Shown: piece after piece, positions 43,851 to 54,859 of the stretch
Layout: each line of letters begins with the position of its first letter
Numbering within the stretch: the first letter of the stretch is position 1
Assembly: GCF_030684315.1 (NCBI RefSeq)
Contig: NC_081391.1
Span: forward strand, 21,536,629 to 21,600,628
DNA: 64,000 nt
DNA from: Stegostoma tigrinum
Taxonomy: Eukaryota
Direction: 5' to 3'
The notes under the pieces: generated by a model
Databases searched by the model: none
Told to the model about the DNA's origin: nothing
What the model saw: only the letters and a program-made list of their open reading frames with translations
Position numbers and translations under genes: made by a program

Positions 43851-46800
43851 TTGTTACTCAGGCACAACCCACTCTCCCTTCAAGTTGCTACATGCTTAAT
43901 GAGTGACAGATCTTCCAACTAATAAAGCAGCTCAGGCGTGAACAGCAGGAGATGGCCTGAGATTTGGCAAGGATTGACAATTCGCTTGGCACCTTCCTGA
44001 CTTTGTCCTGGTTGTTTAGCCTGCATCTGGAAGATTTCCGACAGGAGAATTTCAGAGCTTTCCCTCCGAGAGGAAGTTTCCACATGTGGGCCAATCTGGA
44101 ACGAGAGGTCAGTTTTAGGATAAGGGGTGGCAGATTTAAAACAGAGACAAGGGGAATGACTTCTCTCGGGCTGGGTGCCAAGACACAGAGTAAATTTAGG
44201 GATAAGATAGACAGATTTTTAATTAGTAGTTATTTAAAAGATTATGGAGAACAGGAAAGTGGGTTGGAGCCCAAGACGAGATCAGCCATGATCGTATTAA
44301 TCATATAGGAGGCTCAGAGATAACAAGGTGTAAAGCTGGATGAACACAGCAGGCCAAGCAGCATCTTAGGAGCACAAAAGCTGACGTTTCGAGCCTAGAC
44401 CCTTCATCAGAGAGGGGGTAGGGGGAAAGGGTTTCGAAATAAGTAGGGAGAGACGGGGAGGCGGATCGAAGATGGATAGAGGAGAAGATAGGTGGAGAGG
44501 AGACAGACAAGTTAAAGGGGCGGGGATGGAGCCTGTAGAGTGGCTAAATGGCCGACACCTAGTTCTTCTGTTTTTCGTTTATATTAGGTTAAAAACGATC
44601 TTTGGAGAAGTCAGCAGGGAAAAGGAAACATTTTGGGTGTGACAGTCTTCTCTCAGTAATCCTAACAGGTGTTGATCGATTTTTTTTTAAATTTCTTTTT
44701 CTCTGTCTGTCTATCCCAATGGGTTCAGCCCTCCTGGAATTTCCTCTAATGTTTGATGTTGATGATCTTAGAGTCATAGAGATATATGGCATGGAAACAG
44801 ATCCAAGGGTGCCACCTGTCCATGTGAACGAGGTATCCTAAATTAATCTAATCTCACTTCCAAGCATTTGGCCCATATCCTTCTAAACCCTTCCTATTCA
44901 TATACCCAACCAGATGCCTTTTAAATGTTGTAATTGTACCAGCCTCCACCACTTTCTCTGGAAGCTCACTCCATACATGTGCCACCCTCTAAGTGAAAAT
45001 GTTGCCCCTTGGGTCCCTTTTAAATCTTTCTTCTCTCAACTTAAACCTATGCCTTTTAGTTCTGGGCTTCCCCACCCCTGGGAAAAGGCCTTCACTATTC
45101 ATCCTATCCATGCCCCTCATGATTTTATAAACCTCTATAAGGTTCCGATCTCCAAGGAAAATAGCCCCAGTCTATTCAGCCTCTCCCCTTGACTCAAATC
45201 CTCCAACCCCAGCAATTTCCTTGTAAATATTTTCTGTGCCCTTTCAAGTTTAGCGACATCTTTCCTACAGCAGGGAGAGCAAAATTGAATGCACAATTCC
45301 AAAAATGGCCTAACCAATATCCTGTGCAACTGCATGATGATCTTCCAAGTCCTATTCTCAAGGCACTGGCCAACAAAGGCAAGCATACCAAATACCTTCT
45401 TCATCACCCTGGCTAACAGCAACAACACTTTCAAGGAACTTATTGAAACATAGAAGGTCCTAAAGGCATATGAGACTCAAAGGAGGTTTCTCCTTGTGGG
45501 AGAGGCTACAACGAGGGAACACGGTTTAAAAATATGAAGTCTCCCAATTAAGTCAGAAATGTGGAGAATGTTTTTCTCTCTGACAGTCATGAGTCTGGAA
45601 TTTTCTTCCATGGAGGAGGAGTCATTGAAGTCTGTAGCTTTGAAACAGATCTTTCGGCCCAACTTGCCCATGCCACCCAGTTTTCACAATTAAACTTGTC
45701 CCATTTGTCTATGTTTCGTCCATATCCCTCCCCACGTATCCAATCCATGTATGTGTCTAAATGATTCTTAAATGACAAAATTGTACTCACTTCCACCAGT
45801 ACCTCTGGCAGGCCATTCCAGACACTCAACATCCCCTGTGTGAAATGATTTTAAGTCAGAGATGGTGAGATTCATGACTAACAGTGGTGTCAGGGCATGG
45901 TATGGTGGGGTGGGGGAGGGCTTGCAAAGGAAGCAATGAGGAGTGGAGGTCACTGTCAGATCAGCCATGATCATAACGAATGGTAGAGCAGGCTCGAGAG
46001 GCCAAATGTCCTATTCTTGCTCTTCACTTGTAATTTCATTGTTCAACAGTTAGCTGCTTTGATCAGAAATGAGCTGCCTGTGGTGGATCAGATTCAAACA
46101 AGGCATTCAAAACAGGGAAAAAGCAAAGGACTGCAGATGCTGGAGACTCAGAATAAACACGAAGAATGCTGAAGAAACTCAGCAGATCTTTGGAAACAGG
46201 AAGAGAGTTAATGTTTCAAGTCCTGTATGATGTTTTTTGGAACTCAGAACACTTATGAAGGAGTCATACTGGACTGGAAATGTTAACTGTGCTTTTTTCT
46301 CCACGGATGCTACCAGAACCATTGAGCTTCTGTTGCACCTGTCAGTTTTCAATCAAAATGGGAACTGGATCATTGTCTAAAGAGGAAAACTTCATGAGGG
46401 AGGAGTGGCACTAGGGTGAATTAAGCTGAATTGGTATAATTTCTGATCAAATTAAATTTAAGAGGGACCGAAACCGTTATTTGTAAATGGACAATGTGAT
46501 GCGAAGAATGGCACAAAAGTGAGATGTTCAAAGAACTAGCACAGACAAGATGAGCTGAATGGTCACTCTGCACCAATAATATGACTCTGCATAAGGTGTT
46601 GGACAACGAATGGACTGTATATTTTCATCATACCTTCTATTTTCTTTTTTGTCTTACAAACTCAGTATTCTATCAAGTATAAGGTAAATTCACTATAGTC
46701 TGACCAGTCCATAGCACTGCTCACTCATTAGGTGGTGGTTTAAACTGAGGGTCACCATGCCTCAGGTGAGGAGAGGGGATGGGAAGGAGAGACCTTCACA

Positions 46801-49175
46801 ATAACCTCAGCTGACACAGTAACTGAACCCACAGTGTGAGCATCACTCTGCTCGTAAACCAACCAGCAGCCAACACACCCTATCCTACCATTAGGCTTGC
46901 AGGAACACCCACTCTGTCAAAATAGGGAGAATCCAGTGGAATTGCACAGGGAAAGTACAAAAATAAACACCAGAGTGCAATCCTCTGTTTTCAGTAATAT
47001 TTCCTTTGTTAAATTGAACTCAAAACTTTAACATACATAAAATCCCATTCTATTTGAGGCAATCTACTAATCGCAAACAAAGTTGCTGAGAAAGCTCAGC
47101 AGGTCTGGCAGCATCTGTGAAGGGAAAAAGTAGAATAAACATTCTGGGTCCAGTGACCCTTCCTCAGAACATTTCTGAGGAAGGATCACTGGACCCGAAA
47201 CGATAACTGTATTTTTTCCCTTTACGGATGCTGCCAGACCTGCTGAGCTTTGCCAGCAACTTTGTTTTTGTTCTTGATTCACAATATCCGCCGTTCTTAG
47301 TCTATCAATCTTCATGAGATTATGTCATACAATCGAATTAGACAATGGTAGAAGGAAGTAATGATGCTTTTTAATCATTCAGGGATGTGGGAATCCCTAA
47401 CTGCCCCTTGAGAAGTTGGTAGCGAGCCACCTTCTTGAGCTGCTTCAGTCCTTAGAGTGTGGGAACACCCACAGTGCTATTGGAAAAGCAGTTGCAGGAT
47501 TTTGATCCAGTGACACTAAAGGACAGCAATATATTTCCAAGTCAGGATGGTAAGTGGCTTCGAGGGAAACTTGCAGGTGTTTCTAATCCCATGTATCTGC
47601 TGCCTTTGTCCTTCAAGTGACAGAAGTCATGGCTTTGGAAGATGATGCGGGAGGCTTGATAAAATTCTTCAATGCATCTTGTAGATGGTACAACACTACT
47701 CTGGGGTTTTGAAGAAGGCGAATGTTGGACTGGAAATGTCAGCTTTGTTTCTTTCTTCCATAGATGACACTGACCTGCTGAGTTTCTCCAGCACTTCCTG
47801 TTTTTAGCTGAGATTTCCAGCATCCACAATGAAGTCAGAATCTGTACACGATGAAAAGAGGCCCTTCGGTCCGTGCCATCCGCACGCAGTTATCAAACAT
47901 CAACCCATTCTAAAATAGTTCTGAGGAAGGTTGCCTGGATCTGAAATGTTAAATATGCATTCTCTCCACAGATGCTGCCAGATGTGCTCAGTTTCTCCAG
48001 CACTTCCTGATTTCATTTCCGATTTTCAGTATTTTGCTTTTATATTATTGTTATACCACACCTCTAGCTCTGATCTATCTTTTTAAAGCAGGCTACAGAC
48101 TCATGTTTACAGCACTCAAGGAAATATACGCATGCCAGTTCCGATCTGTCAGAGCAAATCAGCTAATCCCACCCTTTTCCAATTGTATGAAAGCAAAATA
48201 CAACATATGCTGGAAATCAGAAAAATCAAAAAGTCCTGCAGAAATTCGGCATTTGTGGAGACAGAAACAGAGTTAATGTAGCAAGTTCAGTATAGCTCTT
48301 CTTTGGAAGGTGGTGGTTAAGATTTACAAGGATGTTGCCGGGCTGGAGAGTTTGAGCTGTAGGGAGGGGTTGAATAGGCTGGGGCTATTTTTCCTGGAGG
48401 GTCAGAGGCTAAGGAGTGACCTTATTGACTTTTATAAAATCATGAACATCATGGATAGGATGAAAAGCCAAGGTCTTTTCCCCAGGGTAGGGGAGTCCAA
48501 AACTAGAGGTCATAGGTTTAAGGTTAGAGGGGATAGGTTTAAAAGGGACCTAAGGGGCAACTTTTCACACAGAGGGTGGTTCGTGTCTGGAATGAGCTGC
48601 TGGAGGAACTGGTGGAGGCTGGTGCAATTGCAACATTTAAAAGGCATCCAGATGTATATGAAGGGTTTAGAGGGATATGGGTCAAATGCTAGCAAATGGG
48701 ATTAGATTAATTCAGGATATCTGGTCAGCATGGACAAGTTGGACTGAAGAGACCAACTTCAATTTCATGCTGCACAGATCTATGACTCTATTTAGCTGTT
48801 GATAGAGGGGGAGGAGAAACAATTGGCACTGATGGTTAGTGTGCCCAGAGCAACAGACAAAGGGAGTGCCAATGGTGGTGAGAGAGTAATAGAGATGGAG
48901 GTGAGGCAGTGATAGAAATGGTCAAGAGGTGTAAATGTTAGCTGTGTAAAGGAGAAAATGAGTCTATACCTCAATGAGCAAAGTTGGCGACAGGCAAAGT
49001 GCCTTACGCATTTTACAGCCCCTAGGTCTCAACTTGAGTTCTATATTAAGGTTGTGATAACCCCAACAAGGCCCATGGGAAATCACTAATTAATCTCCAC
49101 ATGAAGCTTGGTGACCATGTGATCGTTGGGTAACAAGCAATGGCTTGTCCAGCTGGAAGTCATCACCTGAACCCT

Positions 49176-49890
49176 TTGATTGATGTACTGTCACGAATAC
49201 CAAAGTACTGTGAAAAGCTTTGTTTACAAAAAATACAAGCAGATCATGGTAAACCACGATGTACAGATCAAATGCATAGTTAGAGACAGAGGCATACATG
49301 TTACGTTGCACTGGGCAAGATCAACATTCGCAAGATCAGTGTTATTTGAAGCTGGAGAGTTCATTCATCGGTCTGATAACGGCTGGGAAGAAGCTGTTCC
49401 TGAACCTGTTGGTGTGTGTGTTCAGGCTTCTGTAATTTCTGCCTAACGGGAGAGGTTGTAGGAGATCATTACCAGTGGGATGGGTCTTTGATGATGTTGG
49501 CAGCCTTTCCGTGGCAGCGAACCATGTAAATAGAGTCCATGGAGGGAAGGTTGGCTTCTGTGATGGCCTGGGTGGTGCACACCACCTCTGTATTTCTTAC
49601 GGTCCTGGGCAGAGCGGTTGTCACACCAGGCTGTTATGCACCCAGACACTATGCTTTCTATGGTATACCTCTAAAAGTTACTGAGGGTCCTTACTGATAT
49701 ACCAAATTTCCTGAGCCACCTGAGGAAGAAGAGATGTTGTTGTGCCTTCTTGACCGTCGCATCTACATGGGAATTCCGGGACAGGTTGTCAGTTATCACC
49801 ACTCCAAGGTACTTGATGCTCTCCACCCTCTCAACCTCAGTTCCATTGATATGGATGGGGTCGTGCTCTCTGCCTTTCTGCTTTTTGTAA
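49176..49890 (-). mobile_element. Rex1/Babar-type LINE 3' fragment
   Basis: Minus ORF encodes IHINGTEVERVESIKYLGVVITDNLS...VKKAQQHLFFLRWLRKFG. Confidence 0.8.
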
Positions 49891-50515
49891 AGTAGGCCCA
49901 TGCCATACAGGGTGGTAGAGAAAAAAATTAAAATCTAGTCATAATGGTGTCTTCTTTTTCTCAGAAAAAGGAAAGCAAAAGGACAGGGAGTGGGACCCTC
50001 TTGTGGTGAAATTGTAGAGTCTCTACCCCTGGACCAGGAGACCCAAATTTAAGTCCCACTAGTGCCAGAGATGTGTAATTACGTCTTTGAACAGGTTGAA
50101 TCAGAAAACATGTTAAATTAAGAAAAAGTAAAGCAAATCTGTCTGCCTATAATAAGATTTGCTATTAAATACTCAGTTACATGCACAGATGTTTTTACTA
50201 GTGGTGGGTACTGGTTGTAAAAACAAGTAAAGCAGACACTAAAGGCTCTTGTAGTGTTCCTACTTTTGAGCCAGGAGTCGCAGCTTCAAGTCCAACATAT
50301 TGCAGTGGCATGTCATAACATCTTTAAGCAGGTTGATTTGAATAAAAAAACAAACAGACCCACACCACTGGAAACCAAAAAAAAACTATGGATGTTGGAA
50401 ATCAGAGGCTGCTGGAAAAGTTAAGCAGGTCTGGCAGCATCTGCGGAAAGAAATCAGAGTTAAACATTGCAGTCCAGTGACCATTCCCCAGAAGACCTAC
50501 ATCAATTTTTACTTT

Positions 50516-50833
50516 GATTAGATTAGATTCCCTACAGTGTGGGAACAGGCCCTTCAGCCCAACAAGTCCACACTGCCACTTGAAGCATCCCACCCAGATC
50601 CATCCCCCTATTACCCACACACCCCTGAACACTATGGACAATTTAGCATGGCCAATCCACCCAGCCTGCACATCTTTGGACTGTGGGAGGAAACTGGAGC
50701 ACCCAGAGGAAACCCACACAGACATGGGGAGAACGTGCAAACTCCGCGCAGACAGTTACCCGAGGCTGGAATCGAACCCGGGTCCCTGGCGCTGTGAAGC
50801 TGCAGTGCTAACCGCTGAACCACCGTGCCACCC
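50516..50833 (-). mobile_element. Full-length HE1-like tRNA-derived V-SINE
   Basis: Minus strand has A box TGGTTCAGCGG, B box GGTTCGATTCC, V-domain and (AATCT)n tail. More degenerate copies at about 23050-23300 (-) and 57045-57410 (+). Confidence 0.85.
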
Positions 50834-51844
50834 CAATTTTTATTGATCTAGGTCTTCTGTTCAGAGATGTTATTACCCACCATTGGAATATGCTACACAT
50901 GAAGCCATGCCTTCTGGTTCAGAGGTACGGACACTACAAGAACTTTATGAGTCTGCTTTACTTTTATTATAATCAGTAACCAGTACAAAACTCCTGTGTA
51001 TCCAATTGAGTATTTACAAGCAAAGCTCATTGTCGGCAAATAGGTCTGCTTTACATTTTGTTTTAAATATCTAACCAAACTGTTCAGAAATGTAATTACA
51101 CACCTTTGCAACAGGTTGATGTTGAACCTGGGTCTCTTTGTCCAGAGATAGGGACATTACCACTGCACTACAAGACGCTGACCTTCTTTTTCTTGATGCC
51201 TTTAGAGTGAAATGGGCATACAGTGCTTTATTTTCCTCTCTAACTCCATTTTAATTTAGACCTCCCTAATCTCCCTACCACCCCACCTCACCCTACTCCC
51301 TTCAATTTTGGTGTCCATTGCCCGAATTGGGCTTTGTATATAAACTTCTAATTAGCTACGTGGATGGTTTATTCGTGGCACAAAATGGTTTTTTAAAAGG
51401 TTATGGTGATTTGGTAGTGGGAATGTTGTTCGGTTGCATGTGATAACATCTCCGGATATATTTTTTCAAAAGGCCGAAGTCATGGCAGAAAAAGAGCTTT
51501 GCTTTGTGTAAGGGCACTTCTGGATATTCAACAAAGGAAAAATAAAGGAAGGAAGTCCCAGATGAGCTCCTGTAGAGCAATGGTAGTACCCTAACTCTGA
51601 ATCAGAAGACCACTGATGCAGGAGTAAGAGATAACAGATATTGGAGCTGGACGTACACAACAGGCCAGGCAGCATCAGAGGAGCAGGTTGCTGAGAAAAC
51701 ATCTTTGAACAGGTTGTTGAGAAAGAATGCAGCCCTAGAGAGACCTATTGGTATAATGGTAGTGACCCTACCAGTGATCTGTGGAGGCCTGGGTTCAAAT
51801 CTGACCTGTTCCAGAGGTGTGTAAAAACATCACAGATCAGATTG

Positions 51845-53831
51845 AAGATAATAAAATGTGAGGCTGGATGAACACAGCAGGCCAAGCAGCATCTCAGGAG
51901 CACAAAAGCTGACGTTTCGGACCTAGACCCTTCATCAGAGAGGGGGATGGGGTGAGGGTTCTGGAATAAATAGGGAGAGAGGGGGAGGCGGACTGAAGAT
52001 GGAGAGAAAAGAAGATAGGTGGAGAGGTAGGGAGGGGATAGGTCAGTCCAGGGAAGACGGACAGGTCAAGGAGGTGGGATGAGGTTAGTAGGTAGATGGG
52101 GGTGCGGCTTGGGGTGGGAGGAAGGGATGGGTGAGAGGAAGAACAGGTTAGGGAGGCAGAGACAGGTTGGACTGGTTTTGGGATGCAGTGGGTGGAGGGG
52201 AAGAGCTGGGCTGGTTGTGTGGTTCAGTGGGGGGAGGGGGCGAACTGGGCTGGTTTAGGGATGCAGTTGGGGAAGGGGAGATTTTGAAACTGGTGAAGTC
52301 CACATTGATACCATTAGGCTGCAGGGTTCCCAGGCGGAATATGAGTTGCTGTTCCTGCAACCTTCGGGTGGCATCATTGTGGCACTGCAGGAGGCCCATG
52401 ATGGACATGTCATCTAAAGAATGGGAGAGGGAGTGGAAATGGTTTGCGACTGGGAGGTGCAGTTGTTTATTGCGAACTGAGCGGAGGTGTTCTGCAAAGC
52501 GGTCTCCAAGCCTCCGCTTGGGTTCCCCAATGTAGAGGAAGGCACACCGGGTACAGTGCATGCAGTATACCACATTGGCAGATGTGCAGGTGAACCTCTG
52601 CTTAATGTGGAATGTCATCTTGGGGCCTGGGATAGGGGTGAGGGAGGAGGTGTGGGGGCAAGTGTAGCATTTCCTGCGGTTGCAGGGGAAGGTGCCGGGT
52701 GTGGTGGGGTTAGAGGGCAGTGTGGAGCGAACAAGGGAGTCACGGAGAGAGTGGTCTCTCCGGAAAGCAGACAGGGGTGGGGATGAAAAAATGTCTTGGG
52801 TGGTGGGGTCGGATTGTAGATGGCGGAAGTGTCGACCCCACCACCCAAGACATTTTTCCATCCCCACCCCTGTGTGCTTTCCGGAGAGACCACTCTCTCC
52901 GTGACTCCCTTGTTCGCTCCACACTGCCCTCTAACCCCACCACACCCGGCACCTTCCCCTGCAACCGCAGGAAATGCTACACTTGCCCCCACACCTCCTC
53001 CCTCACCCCTATCCCAGGCCCCAAGATGACATTCCACATTAAGCAGAGGTTCACCTGCACATCTGCCAATGTGGTATACTGCATGCACTGTACCCGGTGT
53101 GCCTTCCTCTACATTGGGGAACCCAAGCGGAGGCTTGGAGACCGCTTTGCAGAACACCTCCGCTCAGTTCGCAATAAACAACTGCACCTCCCAGTCGCAA
53201 ACCATTTCCACTCCCTCTCCCATTCTTTAGATGACATGTCCATCATGGGCCTCCTGCAGTGCCACAATGATGCCACCCGAAGGTTGCAGGAACAGCAACT
53301 CATATTCCGCCTGGGAACCCTGCAGCCTAATGGTATCAATGTGGACTTCACCAGTTTCAAAATCTCCCCTCCCCCTACTGCATCCCTAAACCAGCCCAGT
53401 TCGTCCCCTCCCCCCACCGCACCACACAACCAGCCCAGCTCTTCCCCTCCACCCACTGCATCCCAAAACCAGTCCAACCTGTCTCTGCCTCCCTAACCTG
53501 TTCTTCCTCTCACCCATCCCTTCCTCCCACCCCAAGCTGCACCCCCATCTACCTACTAACCTCATCCCACCTCCTTGACCTGTCCGTCTTCCCTGGACTG
53601 ACCTATCCCCTCCCTACCTCTCCACCTATCTTCTTTTCTCTCCATCTTCAGTCCGCCTCCCCCTCTCTCCCTATTTATTCCAGAACCCTCACCCCATCCC
53701 CCTCTCTGATGAAGGGTCTAGGTCCGAAACGTCAGCTTTTGTGCTCCTGAGATGCTGCTTGGCCTGCTGTGTTCATCCAGCCTCACATTTTATTATCTTG
53801 GATTCTCCAGCATCTGCAGTTCCTATTATCA
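51845..53831. mobile_element. Palindromic (fold-back) Penelope insertion: 967-bp inverted arms, 21-nt spacer, 3' tail, TSD up to 17 bp
   Basis: Arms 51845-52811 and 52833-53799, each with a GIY-YIG C-terminal ORF; atcacagatcagattga at 51829-51845 and 53828-53844. Confidence 0.93.
53706..53733 (+). ncRNA. Minimal hammerhead ribozyme core (mirror copy at 51911-51938 on -)
   Basis: CTGATGA-AGGGTCTAGGTCC-GAAAC-GTC. Confidence 0.55.
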
Positions 53832-54564
53832 CAGATCAGATTGATTTTTTTTTATAAAGAGGCCCAGGGATAGATGCTGTCTTGGGTTGGGGCGTGCCTA
53901 TGTCCTGCCACGAGTGGTGGCTGTATTTCGGGGTTCAACAGTAAATGATATTGCTTTCCAGTCAAGTTTCCTGAGTTATTACAACTAAGATCTCTGTTCT
54001 CCATGTTTCTTACATCCTGCGAGCTGTCTCACAGCCCTGGCTGGTTTGTGCCTGCTCTTAGCAGCGCAGACCCATTATCCCTTTTGACTAATATCGACAG
54101 CCATTGATAACACAGCGTGAAGCCGGAGGAACACAGCAGGCCAGACAGCATCACAGGTGCAGGACAGTTGACGTTTCTGGTCAGGAGCCTTCTTCACAAA
54201 TGACCCGAAACATCAGTTTTCCTGCTGCCCTGATGCTGCCTGGCCTGTTGTGTTCCTCCAGCTCCAATCTCTGTCAGCTCTTACTCCTGCATCTGCAGTT
54301 CTTACTGTCCTCAGTGAATTAACACCCATCTAACATCTCTATCACTCCTTTGCCACCACAGGCACTCCCACCGTCTTTTGCTCTGGGTTCCCTTATGATT
54401 TGTTCCACTTGCTCCACCTCCACTTCCCTCAGCGGCATCGAAAACACCATTTTCCGCTCCTTTCCAGTTCTAAAAGAGTCCAAATCGATTTGACGCGAAA
54501 GCTTTGTTTCCCTCCGCTGAATTTTCACCAGCAATTCCTGTTTTTGATGTAAAACAAGGGTCAG

Positions 54565-54859
54565 TGCCACACTCAAGATGGCAGACCAACGGAGCCGACC
54601 CCGCCCTGATGCTGCTCGAAATGGCGGGCAACGGACACGCCACGCTCAAGATGGCGGCCACATGGCACCGCCCCTTCCCCCAACACGGCGGTTGGGCTGC
54701 GCGCGACGCTCCGCCCTTTAGAGCCAATCAGCGGCAGCGGACCCGGCGTGCGAGTTCCCGGCCCGGGCGCTAGCACGGCGACGTGCGCGTGCCCCTCGCT
54801 GCCCCCCCCATTTCCCCCCCCCCGCCTCAGCCGCCGCTGGTCGTGCCTGAGCTCAGGCG
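54565..54859 (+). promoter_or_regulatory. CpG-island, TATA-less promoter and 5' region of ferritin F with YY1, GC-box and CCAAT motifs
   Basis: Most CpG-dense segment of the window; CAAGATGGCGGC at 54647-54658, CCGCCC boxes near 54601, 54668 and 54711, CCAAT at 54724-54728. Confidence 0.75.

Noticed and set aside
50760-50833. tRNA gene
   Set aside because: A and B boxes belong to the SINE head and run directly into the V-domain.
52148-53496. Two 258-aa ORFs on opposite strands as host genes
   Set aside because: Mirror products of the palindrome: antisense sequence fused to a truncated GIY-YIG domain, with no RT and non-ATG starts.
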